From the NCBI GenBank assembly GCA_041662745.1, contig JBAZRV010000001.1, forward strand, positions 120,001 through 152,000: DNA of 32,000 bases. The letters are read 5' to 3'. Below, piece by piece: positions 8,641 to 18,412 of the stretch. This DNA is from Patescibacteria group bacterium. GTDB lineage: Bacteria > Patescibacteriota > Patescibacteriia > 2-01-FULL-39-33. Numbering within the stretch: position 1 is the stretch's first letter; each line of letters starts with the position of its first letter. The position numbers and the translations under genes were made by a program. The notes under the pieces were generated by a model that saw only the letters and a list, made by a program, of their open reading frames with translations, searched no databases and had not been told where the DNA came from.

Positions 8641-11600
8641 ATGACTGATACTTTAGGACCATCACTGGAAGACCTTATGACGGGAGAGGCAACCGAAGAA
8701 GAATCGGCCGGAGAAAAACTCCAACAGAAATTGACGCAAATAAAAATCAAGGAAAAAGAGGACGAGGTGGCGAAAAACGCCGACGCCTTGGGTTTGCCTT
8801 ATATTAATTTAGTCGGTTTCCCTATTTCTCCCGACGCGCTAAGCTCTATTGCTGAAGCAGCGGCCAAAGCCGCTCAAGCGATTTGTTTTTTCAATAACGG
8901 TTCGGAGTTGCGCGTCGGTTGCGTAAATTATAATGATGAAGTCAAAAAAATAGTGGCTGACTTGCAAGAAAAATTCCACGCCAATGTCCTGCCTTATCTT
9001 ATTTCCCAACACAGTTTTGAACGCTCGGCTAAATTATATGACTCTCTGCCTAAAATCACCCGACTGGTGGGCGGAGTGGAAATAAAAAAAGAAGATATTG
9101 AGCGTTTTGAAAAAGAAATAACCACTTTCAAAGATTTAAATGAAAAAATAAATAAAGTTAGCATCACTGACGTAGTGGCGATTATTTTGGCAGCCGGCCT
9201 TAAGGCCGAAGCTTCGGATGTCCATATTGAAGCCGAGGAGAAAGGCATCATAGTGCGCTTGCGCGTGGATGGCGTTTTGCATGATTCGGCCATGATTGAA
9301 AAAGATAAATGGAAAAAAATAATTGCTCGCCTTAAAGTTTTGGCGCGAGTCAAAATCAATATTGATGACAAGCCCCAAGACGGCCGTTTCACTATTTTTT
9401 TAGAAGATGACGCCGTGGATGTCAGAACATCCTTCCTGCCGACTAATTTTGGCGAGAGCGTGGTTATGCGTTTACTGCATTCCCAGTCAGTCGCCCTGTC
9501 TTTTGAACAGCTGGGTTTATTGCCGGCGGCCTTTAAAACATTGGAGGCGGAAATTAAAAAACCCAACGGCTTAATCTTGACTGCCGGCCCTACCGGCTCG
9601 GGTAAAACCACTACCCTGTATGCAATTCTCAATAAACTCAATCATCCGGACGTAAAAATCATCACTTTGGAAGATCCGATTGAATATCGCCTTAAGGGCA
9701 TTAACCAATCACAGGTAGACCCCAAGAAAGATTATACTTTTGCCAAGGGCTTGCGTTCTATTTTGCGCCAAGATCCGGATATTGTAATGGTTGGCGAAAT
9801 TCGCGACAATGAGACGGCTGATATCGCCACTCAAGCGGCCCTGACCGGCCACCTGGTGCTTTCTACCGTCCATACCAACGATGCGGCCGGCGTGATCCCG
9901 CGCTTAATGGATATGGGCATTAAACCCTTCTTTATTGTTCCGTCCATTAACGCCGTTATCGGCCAACGCTTGGTGCGTAAACTTTGCGAGAAATGCAAAC
10001 AACCGCATCAAATTACAGAAGAGGAAAAAACCACCATAGAGAAGATTTTGGCGACCATCTCGCCCAAATCGGGCATTGATGTTCCGGCCAACCTGCCCCA
10101 AATGTACGAACCCGGTCCGGGTTGCGAGACTTGTGGCGGCATCGGCTATAAGGGCCGCATCGGCATCTATGAAATTTTCACCATGACCGACAATATCAAA
10201 ACCTTGACTATGGCCGGAGCGGCGGCTTTTGAAATTCTCAAACAAGCGATTGAAAACGGCATGATTACCATGTTGCAAGACGGCATCATTAAATCTTTAA
10301 ACGGCGTTACTGATGTGCAAGAAGTTTTCCGCGTTATCGGCAAATTGGATTATGTGGAAGAACTTTATGATATTGTCATTACTCAAACAATCGGCCGTGG
10401 CATCAGTTTGACTGCCAAAGAATTAATAAAAGGCGAGGAACTATCCAAAAACTTAAAACAAATCCAAGAAAGCTTAGAAAATCTGCCCGCCAAAGAATTA
10501 ACGGCTCTATTAATGGCTGCAGCGCTTAAAGCGGATGCCGGCGATATTCATATTGAACCGACCGATACCGGCGTTAAGGTGCGCTTCAGAATTGATGGCA
10601 TCTTATATGATATGGCTACGCTGGATAAAAGCCAATACCTGCCGGTTTTATCCAATATGAAAATTTTAGCCGGCATGCCCACCAATATTAAAAAGGCGGC
10701 TTGGGACGGACGGTTCGGCATCTTTACGCCACAAGCTAAATTGGATTGTCGCATTTCCATTATCTCCGGCGGTTACGGTGAAACAATCGTTATCCGTATT
10801 TTATCGGCGCAAGCCGCCAGCCTGAGAGTTGAGGATTTGGGTATGCGCGAGTATTCTTTAAGGTTGCTGCAAGGGTCAATGGAAAAGACTAAGGGTATTA
10901 TTGTCACTACCGGGCCGACGGGCTCGGGCAAAACCACTACCCTGTATGCCCTGCTTAATCAACTTAACAAACCGGACACCAAGATTATTACCATAGAAGA
11001 TCCGATTGAGTATCATTTGGCCGGCGTAATGCAGACGCAAATTGATGAGGCTCAAGGCTACACTTTTGCCGCGGCCATGCGTTCCTTGTTGCGTCAAAAT
11101 CCCAACATCATGATGATCGGAGAAATCCGCGATAGCGAGACGGCTAAAACAGCGATTGAAGCGGCTTTGACCGGCCACTTAGTCTTATCCACCATCCACA
11201 CCAATTCCGCGGCCGGCGCCTTCCCGCGTTTCTTGGGGTTAGGCATTGAACCTCATATTTTAGCCAACTCCTTAGAGTGCACTATTGGCCAACGTTTAGT
11301 CAGAAAAATCTGTCCTTATTGCAAACAGCCGGTTGAGCTTAATCCGGAGATTGCTGGGGAGGTGGAAAAAATAATCAAAAGCATCAATACCAAATCGGGA
11401 GCCAAAATACCTGATAAACCGACTTATTTCAAAGCGGTTGGTTGCGAAAAATGCGGCGGTTTGGGTTACAAAGGACGTTTAGGCATCTATGAAGTCATAC
11501 CGAATACCGCTGAAATGCAAAAAGTGGTGCAAGGACCGGCGGTTACCAATTTGGAAATTGAAGCCTTAGCCGTTAAAGAAGGGGTAGTTCTAATGCTGCA

Positions 11601-11667
11601 GGACGGTATCCTAAAGGCTATGGCCGGAGAAACAACAGTGGAAGAAGTATTCCGAGTAGCCAAATAG
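8641..11667 (+). CDS. Tandem GspE/PulE/PilB-type secretion/pilus assembly ATPase with two full modules
   Basis: Two copies of GPTGSGKTTTLYA, LEDPIEY/IEDPIEY, Walker B (DIVMVGEIRD/NIMMIGEIRD), HTND/HTNS and a C..C...C..CGG zinc motif followed by GYKGR(I/L)GIYE. Start set at ATG 8641 because the GTG at 8536 overlaps a TATAAT-like element. Confidence 0.95.
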   Translation: MTDTLGPSLEDLMTGEATEEESAGEKLQQKLTQIKIKEKEDEVAKNADALGLPYINLVGFPISPDALSSIAEAAAKAAQAICFFNNGSELRVGCVNYNDEVKKIVADLQEKFHANVLPYLISQHSFERSAKLYDSLPKITRLVGGVEIKKEDIERFEKEITTFKDLNEKINKVSITDVVAIILAAGLKAEASDVHIEAEEKGIIVRLRVDGVLHDSAMIEKDKWKKIIARLKVLARVKINIDDKPQDGRFTIFLEDDAVDVRTSFLPTNFGESVVMRLLHSQSVALSFEQLGLLPAAFKTLEAEIKKPNGLILTAGPTGSGKTTTLYAILNKLNHPDVKIITLEDPIEYRLKGINQSQVDPKKDYTFAKGLRSILRQDPDIVMVGEIRDNETADIATQAALTGHLVLSTVHTNDAAGVIPRLMDMGIKPFFIVPSINAVIGQRLVRKLCEKCKQPHQITEEEKTTIEKILATISPKSGIDVPANLPQMYEPGPGCETCGGIGYKGRIGIYEIFTMTDNIKTLTMAGAAAFEILKQAIENGMITMLQDGIIKSLNGVTDVQEVFRVIGKLDYVEELYDIVITQTIGRGISLTAKELIKGEELSKNLKQIQESLENLPAKELTALLMAAALKADAGDIHIEPTDTGVKVRFRIDGILYDMATLDKSQYLPVLSNMKILAGMPTNIKKAAWDGRFGIFTPQAKLDCRISIISGGYGETIVIRILSAQAASLRVEDLGMREYSLRLLQGSMEKTKGIIVTTGPTGSGKTTTLYALLNQLNKPDTKIITIEDPIEYHLAGVMQTQIDEAQGYTFAAAMRSLLRQNPNIMMIGEIRDSETAKTAIEAALTGHLVLSTIHTNSAAGAFPRFLGLGIEPHILANSLECTIGQRLVRKICPYCKQPVELNPEIAGEVEKIIKSINTKSGAKIPDKPTYFKAVGCEKCGGLGYKGRLGIYEVIPNTAEMQKVVQGPAVTNLEIEALAVKEGVVLMLQDGILKAMAGETTVEEVFRVAK

Positions 11668-11686
11668 ATTTATAACAGCTGAAAGT

Positions 11687-11714
11687 AAAAACTCCGAGAC
11701 TGTTCGGAGTTTTT
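11687..11714. terminator. Bidirectional intrinsic terminator
   Basis: AAAAACTCCGA-GACTGT-TCGGAGTTTTT. Confidence 0.8.
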
Positions 11715-11750
11715 ATATTAAAAATATTATTTTTATTTAATTCCTAAAGA

Positions 11751-12275
11751 CTAATCCATATGAATCATCCTTTGGGGATTATAAGCTGGCTTTTTGCCGT
11801 AAACAGCTATGCCATGATTAATTATCTTCTGGTCTTTCTCTTGAGCGTGCCATCTTTCCTTAAGCTCTTCGTACGACAAATAGACGTAAGCGAAGGAATA
11901 AGGATCTTCAAAAAATATTTTATCTTTATCGTAGCCGATGGCGATAGCCCAATGGCCGTCACGGTAACTGTCGGTATAATCAATTTTCTCAAAACTCCAA
12001 GCTTGTAACAGTAACATAACGGGAATCTTCTTATCAAGATACTTCTTTAATTCTTTAACGGTTAGGCTTCGCGAATCAGTCTTTAAACCGTATTTTTTGA
12101 AAACCGCTACCAGAGGGTTTATCAATGTTCCTTCTTTTTTATTGGTTTTAGCACATTTAATAAGCGCCTCTTCACGCACTTCTAGGCCGTAATAGAGCAA
12201 GACCGCCTGCAGGGCCTTGGCGCCGCAATCATATTCGTAAGTCTGTATGACCCTGGGAAAATTCAATTGCTTCAT
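11751..12275 (-). CDS. C39-like papain-fold peptidase family protein
   Basis: YDCGAKALQAVLLYYG (Cys) and DGHWAIAIGYDKDKIFFEDP (His/Asp). Confidence 0.8.
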   Translation of the reverse strand: MKQLNFPRVIQTYEYDCGAKALQAVLLYYGLEVREEALIKCAKTNKKEGTLINPLVAVFKKYGLKTDSRSLTVKELKKYLDKKIPVMLLLQAWSFEKIDYTDSYRDGHWAIAIGYDKDKIFFEDPYSFAYVYLSYEELKERWHAQEKDQKIINHGIAVYGKKPAYNPQRMIHMD

Positions 12276-12299
12276 ATGATTATTTATGGAATAATAAAA

Positions 12300-12737
12300 T
12301 TATTTTATTTTGATTTCCCTTTCATCACCTTTTAAAATTTTAAACTCAATTCTAATTATCTTCTTCGGCCAGATATCGCGAACGCGATCGGCCCATTCAA
12401 TAACCGTCACGCAATCAGGGTCGGACAAATAATCCAACGCGCCAATGGCCGCCAGCTGTTCTCCGTCAATCAAGCGATAAGCGTCAATGTGAACCAATTG
12501 CCTGATTTCTGACTTTGCCGGCTGGCGGCTTTCAATTTTATAATTTTTCATTAATACGAAAGTCGGACTGGTAATAATGCCTTTGATTCCCAATCCGCCG
12601 GCCAAACCTTTGGTAAAAGCTGTCTTGCCGGCGCCTAAATCGCCAATCAAACAAAAAACTTCTCCGCCTTGCAACTGTTTAGATAATTTTTTGGCAAAAT
12701 TATATGTTTCCTTTTCTGATTTGGAAATAAACTTCAT
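12300..12737 (-). CDS. tsaE: tRNA threonylcarbamoyladenosine biosynthesis ATPase TsaE
   Basis: GDLGAGKTAFTKGLAGGLGI, SPTFVLM, VHIDAYR, VIEWADR. Confidence 0.93.
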   Translation of the reverse strand: MKFISKSEKETYNFAKKLSKQLQGGEVFCLIGDLGAGKTAFTKGLAGGLGIKGIITSPTFVLMKNYKIESRQPAKSEIRQLVHIDAYRLIDGEQLAAIGALDYLSDPDCVTVIEWADRVRDIWPKKIIRIEFKILKGDEREIKIK

Positions 12738-12755
12738 AAAAATTTTAACTTTAAC

Positions 12756-13787
12756 TTATACCAGTTCCCAATTCGGATTAGCCGTGGCTCTTTTATAATT
12801 TTCTATCGGCACCTTTTTCTTGGCTGAAAGATAATAAGCAGCTAATCCCACCATAGCAGCATTATCAGTACAAAGCTTGAATTCCGGTATGGTAAATTTT
12901 AGGCCGGATTTTTCTGCTTGCAGCTTCAGTTCCTCCCTTAGCCGCTTATTGGCGGCAACTCCTCCGGCCATCATTACTGTTTTTACTTTATATTTTTTAG
13001 CCGCTTTGATTGTTTTGCTCACCAAAACCTCTACCGCCGCTTCTTGAAATTCATAAGCCATGGCCGAACGAAAAACGTCGTCAAGATGGCGAATTTTCTG
13101 AGTAGCATACAAAACCGCCGTTTTGAGTCCGGAAAAACTAAAATTAAAATCATTGGACTTCAGCATGGGTCGGGGCAAATCAATTTTCTTATACATTTTC
13201 TTGCTATTGCCATATTCCTCGGCTAAACGAGAGATCGCCGGACCGCCCGGATATCCCAAATTCAATAATTTAGCCACTTTATCAAACGCCTCGCCCGCAG
13301 CATCATCAACCGTTTGTCCGATTTTAATATACTTATAATAACTGTTCAACACTACTATTTCCGTATGGCCGCCGGACACCACCAAACAAACAGCGGGAAA
13401 GGACAAATTAGCATCTAAAAAATTAGCAGCAATGTGCGCGTACATATGATTAACCGCCAAAAGCGGTTTATGCCACGCTAAAGACAAACCCTTGGCTGTT
13501 TCTAATCCCACTACCAAAGAACTCACTAATCCCGGTCCGGAAACGGCGGCTAATAAATCAACGTCTTGTGATTTAATATTGGCCTTAGTTAAGGCTTCCA
13601 TTACTACCGGCAAAACATTTTTAATATGATGGCGCGCGGCTATTTCCGGCACTACTCCGCCGTATTCTTTATGGATATTTATTTGTGAAGAAACAATATT
13701 AGACATTATTTCCAATTGGCCGCGATCAGCCTTAATAACGGCCGCGGAAGTTTCATCACAAGATGTTTCTAAAGCTAAAATTTTCAT
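12756..13787 (-). CDS. tsaD: tRNA N6-adenosine threonylcarbamoyltransferase TsaD
   Basis: LALETSCDETSAAV, PEIAARHH, NHMYAHIAA, VVSGGHTEIV, DDAAGEAFDKVAKLLNLGYPGGP. Confidence 0.97.
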   Translation of the reverse strand: MKILALETSCDETSAAVIKADRGQLEIMSNIVSSQINIHKEYGGVVPEIAARHHIKNVLPVVMEALTKANIKSQDVDLLAAVSGPGLVSSLVVGLETAKGLSLAWHKPLLAVNHMYAHIAANFLDANLSFPAVCLVVSGGHTEIVVLNSYYKYIKIGQTVDDAAGEAFDKVAKLLNLGYPGGPAISRLAEEYGNSKKMYKKIDLPRPMLKSNDFNFSFSGLKTAVLYATQKIRHLDDVFRSAMAYEFQEAAVEVLVSKTIKAAKKYKVKTVMMAGGVAANKRLREELKLQAEKSGLKFTIPEFKLCTDNAAMVGLAAYYLSAKKKVPIENYKRATANPNWELV

Positions 13788-13799
13788 AAGCTTACTTTA

Positions 13800-13828
13800 A
13801 ATTTACCCGAAAATTAGTCTTTTGGCAA
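13800..13828 (-). promoter_or_regulatory. Promoter for tsaD-tsaE-C39 gene cluster
   Basis: Minus strand TTGCCA, 17-nt spacer, TAAATT. Confidence 0.5.
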
Positions 13829-13902
13829 TATTTGGAGTATAATTCAATAAAAGGCGGGATTTTAAAGTTGTAAGGTTGGTTAATAATTCAAATTATTGTT
13901 CT

Positions 13903-15042
13903 ATGACTAATAATCATAAAATAATTCTAATTGTTAGTGTAATTATCATTGCCATATCAATGGCCGTCTTTTACTTCTTGCCGCGGCATACGGCTGAATC
14001 GCAACAAATTGCAGAAGAAGAAATCTCTACTGCCATTAAGCCGTTGCCTACGCCAGTTAAAGTCAAAGGGATTTATATGACCGGCTATGCTTTTAGTAAT
14101 TCAAAATTCCGCCAACAATTAATTGATTTAGCGGAGAATACCGAACTTAATGCCTTGGTAATTGATTTTAAAGACCCGGCGGGTAAATTAATGTTTAAAC
14201 CGCAAGACGAGCTATTAAAAAACTGGCCTCTTTCCAAAACATCATTAGCTTATAATGACTACCAACAAATAATTACTGATTTGCAAAATAAAAATATTTA
14301 TACGATCGCCAGGATTACCACTTTCCAAGATCCGACGGCCGTAGCGGCCTTTAAAAATCTAGCTCTAAAAAATATTAATGGCGGTATTTGGTTGGATAAT
14401 CGCGGGATTTCCTGGTTGGATATGACTAATCCTGATTCTTGGGATTTAGTGGTCAGGCAAGCCCGAGAGGCTAAGGAGATCGGTTTTGACGAAATACAAT
14501 TCGATTATATTCGTTTTCCGTCTGATGGCAATATAAAAACCATCAGTTATGGCAACTTTCCGCCAAACAAAAAACGTTTTGAAATATTAAATGATTTTTT
14601 CTCTTACTTAAAAACTCAACTTAAAGACATCGGTGTTCCTCTTTCCATTGATTTATTCGGCCTGACTTATTGGCAAAGAAGCGATCCTGAATATGATTTG
14701 GGTATCGGACAAAGATTAACGGATGCGGCTCAATACTTTGATTATATTTCTCCTATGGTTTATCCTTCCCATTACTATTCCGGCATTATGGGTTTTGATA
14801 ATCCCGCGGCCCATCCGTATGAAATAGTCAATAAAGCCCTGCGAGATGGCAATCTTATGATTGCTACCGCCTCCTCTACCGCGCAAAGCCGGCCTTGGCT
14901 GCAGGATTTTAATCTGGGAGCCACTTATACCGCCAGTATGGTAAGGGCGCAAATTAAAGCAGTTGACGATAATAACGCTTCCGGCTGGTTATTATGGAAT
15001 GCTGGTAACAGATACACTTCTGGCGCTTTGGAGAAGGAATAA
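13903..15042 (+). CDS. Putative glycoside hydrolase (DUF4015-like), membrane-anchored
   Basis: N-terminal TM helix; TGYAFSN, IDFKDPAG, IARITTFQDP, EIQFDYIRFPSDG, LSIDLFGLTYW, SPMVYPSHY. ORF-track start at 13876 uses TTG; ATG 13903 preferred. Confidence 0.85.
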   Translation: MTNNHKIILIVSVIIIAISMAVFYFLPRHTAESQQIAEEEISTAIKPLPTPVKVKGIYMTGYAFSNSKFRQQLIDLAENTELNALVIDFKDPAGKLMFKPQDELLKNWPLSKTSLAYNDYQQIITDLQNKNIYTIARITTFQDPTAVAAFKNLALKNINGGIWLDNRGISWLDMTNPDSWDLVVRQAREAKEIGFDEIQFDYIRFPSDGNIKTISYGNFPPNKKRFEILNDFFSYLKTQLKDIGVPLSIDLFGLTYWQRSDPEYDLGIGQRLTDAAQYFDYISPMVYPSHYYSGIMGFDNPAAHPYEIVNKALRDGNLMIATASSTAQSRPWLQDFNLGATYTASMVRAQIKAVDDNNASGWLLWNAGNRYTSGALEKE

Positions 15043-15047
15043 TTCCC

Positions 15048-15076
15048 TTGACAAAAAAGAGAAAATAAATTATACT
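15048..15076 (+). promoter_or_regulatory. tRNA-Glu promoter
   Basis: TTGACA, 17-nt spacer, TATACT. Confidence 0.75.
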
Positions 15077-15109
15077 GAAAAAGTCTTTTAAATTTCCCGG
15101 CAAAAATTT

Positions 15110-15181
15110 GCCGCCATCGTCTATCGGTTAGGACAGCGGGTTTTCAATCCGTTAAGCGGGGTTCGACTCCCCGTGGCGGTA
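15110..15181 (+). tRNA. tRNA-Glu(TTC)
   Basis: GCCGCCATCGTCTATCGGTTAGGACAGCGGGTTTTCAATCCGTTAAGCGGGGTTCGACTCCCCGTGGCGGTA; anticodon loop TTTTCAA. Confidence 0.95.
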
Positions 15182-15196
15182 CATAATAAAACAAAT

Positions 15197-15220
15197 AATA
15201 GGCTTTGTGCCTATTTTTTG
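15197..15220 (+). terminator. Intrinsic terminator for tRNA-Glu
   Basis: AATAGGC-TTTGT-GCCTATTTTTTG. Confidence 0.75.
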
Positions 15221-15306
15221 TTTTATTATAATAAGGTTTTGCCTTATGTTATTTTGTTTGAAATAAAGTTTGCCGGCTTTTTATATTTTATAAAGATAAT
15301 TCTAAA

Positions 15307-17178
15307 TTAAGGAATAATCAATAATTCTGAAGTGGTGGTCGCTACTACTCCGATTAAACACACTGCTTGCCAGGGCCTGTAAACAGAAGAAAAAGTGGTT
15401 GTTGCCGTATGTCCGTCAGAATAATCAACAATATAATTAAATGATGCGCTTACCCCTTTATGGGAAACCTCGGTGCATTTTTGTTCTCCTGGTTTTAAAT
15501 CGTTACTCTCAATAATTTTAGTAGGAAGAGGGTCTTTCCACCCCCAAACCTTCGGTTTTGTTCTGGTGGCAGTGCGTCCATCATTAATTCCCCAAAAATC
15601 AAAGTATAATTTATCGCCCTCTATTCTGGCTTGGATTAAAATGTAATTGCCGGTATCGTTTTTAAATCTTAAATCCGGCTTGGGATCATAAATTGTCGCA
15701 TCAACTCCCGGTAAGCCATTTTCTAAATAATAAGTTACATTGTAAGAATGGTTCTGTCGTTCCAAAATAGGCAAACCGGAGGCTAAAGCGGCGCGAAAAA
15801 CCGTAGTTCCTATCTGGCATAATCCGCCGCCGTATTCTGCCGTAGTTTTATTGCCTTTAATCACTAATTCGGGAAAATAACCGTTAGCCGCGTCTACCGG
15901 CAATAAGGCTTTAATTAAGGAAAACTCCTCATCCGGCTTAATCAACAAGCCATGCAGCTTGGCGGCGCCGTTTTTAATGTTTTTGCGGCGATTAGTCGGG
16001 CTGCCGGCGAATGATGATTGTCCGGTACCGATAATTTCTTTAATGCCAAGATCATTAACCTGATCGGTTGTTACCTCAGGATAAACTTCTTTGGTGATTA
16101 TGGTTATCTGATTAACAGAATAGCTATTGTTAATTATTTTTTGATTAAAATCATTATAGGCTTCTTCTTTATCAGCTTCCAATCCGTTTTGATGAGTTGA
16201 TAACTTATTCACTTTGCCGTCTTTTATTTCCAAAGAAGCGTTTTTAGCCGGCAGATCTAACTCTGGGCTGATATTTAATTTAAACCAATCAAAAAATTTA
16301 TCTTGATTAATGCCAACGGCTATTTTATTACCTATTTTTTGGAATTCTATCAATTGGCTTAGGCTTTTTTTGCTTAAAATCCATCTTTTATCCTGATAAG
16401 TAAATTCTGTACTGGAGGCGTTAAGGATGGTTTGTATTTCATTCTGCTTATTACTTACTTCTATTTGCTTTATTTGCGGTTGCGAAATAATCGGATTAAC
16501 TTTTATTGGCCTGTTTTCTAATTGATTAAGGTTATCCTTTATTTCTTTGATAATACCGTTATAATCGATAAGTAACCCTTGTTTTTCCGGTAAAATCGTT
16601 ATTTGGCAATTATTTTTTTCACATTCAATATTAGGAGCGGAATTTATTGCTGGCTGCTCTAATGATTTAAATTGTTGCTTTAATAAATTAATTAATAATT
16701 CTTCGTTTAATTTATAACTGGCTGATAATTTCTTATGGCCGGAAAGTACATCTAATTGCTGAACAATATTTAAAAATAAATTATTATTATGGCCTAATTG
16801 AAAATTACCATATACTGTCTGATGAATATCAAAAAATAATAAATCAACTCCCGAAACATCCGGATCTTCCGGTATTTCTAAAGGTGAAATTTTTTCCTGA
16901 TTATCACTTTGATAGATAAAACTGAAGCCATCTTGGCTTATTTTATTAGTCTTATTTTCTATTTTGTCTAATGCTTGACTAATAGTTAAATTTGACAAGT
17001 CAGTTGAGCTTATACGACTGCGAGGGAAAAATTTAACAGTATAAACTAATTCAAAAAAAATAATAAAAACAAACAAAATTAAAAAAATAACGGCGACAGC
17101 AATTATTACTAACCAGTGGCCGCTTAATTTATTATTGATCTTACTTGACTGTATTTTCTTCAGTAAATCTTCAAGCAT
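15307..17178 (-). CDS. VanW family protein with N-terminal TM segment and peptidoglycan-binding-like region
   Basis: GTGQSSFAGSPTNRRKNI, YGGGLCQIGTTVFRAAL, RQNHSYNVTYY, GVDATIYDPKPDLRF. Confidence 0.92.
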   Translation of the reverse strand: MLEDLLKKIQSSKINNKLSGHWLVIIAVAVIFLILFVFIIFFELVYTVKFFPRSRISSTDLSNLTISQALDKIENKTNKISQDGFSFIYQSDNQEKISPLEIPEDPDVSGVDLLFFDIHQTVYGNFQLGHNNNLFLNIVQQLDVLSGHKKLSASYKLNEELLINLLKQQFKSLEQPAINSAPNIECEKNNCQITILPEKQGLLIDYNGIIKEIKDNLNQLENRPIKVNPIISQPQIKQIEVSNKQNEIQTILNASSTEFTYQDKRWILSKKSLSQLIEFQKIGNKIAVGINQDKFFDWFKLNISPELDLPAKNASLEIKDGKVNKLSTHQNGLEADKEEAYNDFNQKIINNSYSVNQITIITKEVYPEVTTDQVNDLGIKEIIGTGQSSFAGSPTNRRKNIKNGAAKLHGLLIKPDEEFSLIKALLPVDAANGYFPELVIKGNKTTAEYGGGLCQIGTTVFRAALASGLPILERQNHSYNVTYYLENGLPGVDATIYDPKPDLRFKNDTGNYILIQARIEGDKLYFDFWGINDGRTATRTKPKVWGWKDPLPTKIIESNDLKPGEQKCTEVSHKGVSASFNYIVDYSDGHTATTTFSSVYRPWQAVCLIGVVATTTSELLIIP

Positions 17179-17398
17179 TATCGGTTTGAAAAATTTTTTT
17201 TAATAAATTCTTAGTTTGATCCTCTTGGTATTTATCATCAATTTGTTCTGGCAAAATACTGATTTTAACCGTTTCGCCGTCTTTTATAATCCAATTGATT
17301 TCTTTTTTCGGCCAAAGCAATTCTCTTCCATCTTCAAATTTTATCACTAAGAAATCACCCGCCTGCTCGCTAATCACTCCCTTTTCCTGATTAATCAT
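17171..17398 (-). CDS. Hypothetical protein (75 aa)
   Basis: Complete ORF tightly packed between hsp20 and vanW-like genes, overlapping the latter by 8 nt. Confidence 0.65.
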   Translation of the reverse strand: MINQEKGVISEQAGDFLVIKFEDGRELLWPKKEINWIIKDGETVKISILPEQIDDKYQEDQTKNLLKKIFQTDNA

Positions 17399-17401
17399 AA
17401 A

Positions 17402-17839
17402 TTACTCATTTATTTGCCTTATTTTTATTCCTGATGTTTTATATTTTTTTGGTAATTTTATCGTTAATACGCCATTCTTAAGATTAGCATCTATTTTTTT
17501 CTGGTCAACTTCCCGCGGTAAAACAATTGAACGGGAAAAAGCCCCCCAATAACATTCTTGAGAATAATAATCTTCCTTAATTGCTTCATCTTCCTGTTGG
17601 CGCGAACCCCTGATAGTCAATAAATCATTAGAAATAGAAATATCCAGATCCTCCGGTTTGACTCCGGCAACCGTAGTTCTGACTATAATATCGTTTTTTG
17701 TTTCATAAACATCGCAAGATAATTGGGCTTCCCCGTCAAACCATTGGGGATTATTGCCAAAATACCCAATAAAATCATTGTTTTCTTGAGTATTCATGCT
17801 TTCCATACTTGTCTTTGTTTTTAAGAAAGAATTAGCCAT
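17402..17839 (-). CDS. Hsp20/alpha-crystallin family small heat-shock protein
   Basis: VRTTVAGVKPEDLDISISNDLLTIRGSR, GAFSRSIVLPREVD, ANLKNGVLTIKLPK. Confidence 0.93.
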   Translation of the reverse strand: MANSFLKTKTSMESMNTQENNDFIGYFGNNPQWFDGEAQLSCDVYETKNDIIVRTTVAGVKPEDLDISISNDLLTIRGSRQQEDEAIKEDYYSQECYWGAFSRSIVLPREVDQKKIDANLKNGVLTIKLPKKYKTSGIKIRQINE

Positions 17840-17950
17840 ATGTTTATATTATAACAGGATATTAAAAATAAATATAGACTAATACTTGACTTTATTATAT
17901 TTTAATCTTGAGGTATCTATTATATAATATAGCTATATTAATAAATTTTT

Positions 17951-18373
17951 ATGTTTAAAGAAAACCAACCATTAATAAATGAAACGGATACCATTATTGG
18001 TCCATCAGTAAAAGTCGAAGGTGATTTCATTACTGAAGGCAATATTATTGTTGAAGGCATGATTTGCGGCACAATCAAAACAAGTAAAAATCTTAAAGTC
18101 GGTCCTGATTCAAAAATATTCGCCAATATTGGAGCAGAAAATGCTTTAGTTGCCGGAGAGATACAAGGTAATATTAATATAAAAAATAAATTGGAATTAA
18201 CTTCTACCGCCAGGATTTACGGAGATATAAAAACTGGCATTTTATCAATTGCCGGCGGTGCTTTAGTTAATGGCAAATGCACTATGAATGACAATAAAGA
18301 CCGCAGTCCCAAACCAGAATCAACTAAACAGAAAAAAATGGAATTAAAACCGCCGCTAATCGATAAGCAATAA
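17951..18373 (+). CDS. Bactofilin family polymer-forming protein
   Basis: IIGPSVKVEGDFITEGNIIVEGMICGTIKTSKNLKVGPDSKIFANI...GEIQGNINIKNKLELTSTARIYGDIK beta-helix pattern. Confidence 0.9.
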   Translation: MFKENQPLINETDTIIGPSVKVEGDFITEGNIIVEGMICGTIKTSKNLKVGPDSKIFANIGAENALVAGEIQGNINIKNKLELTSTARIYGDIKTGILSIAGGALVNGKCTMNDNKDRSPKPESTKQKKMELKPPLIDKQ

Positions 18374-18412
18374 ATTATTTATGCCCGCGGTTAAAACGCG
18401 GGTGTATTTTAA

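Noticed and set aside
8994-11178. Antisense ORFs across the tandem ATPase (8994..9641, 9136..9378, 9904..10278, 10548..10760, 10876..11178)
   Set aside because: Antisense to a strongly conserved coding region with no motifs of their own.
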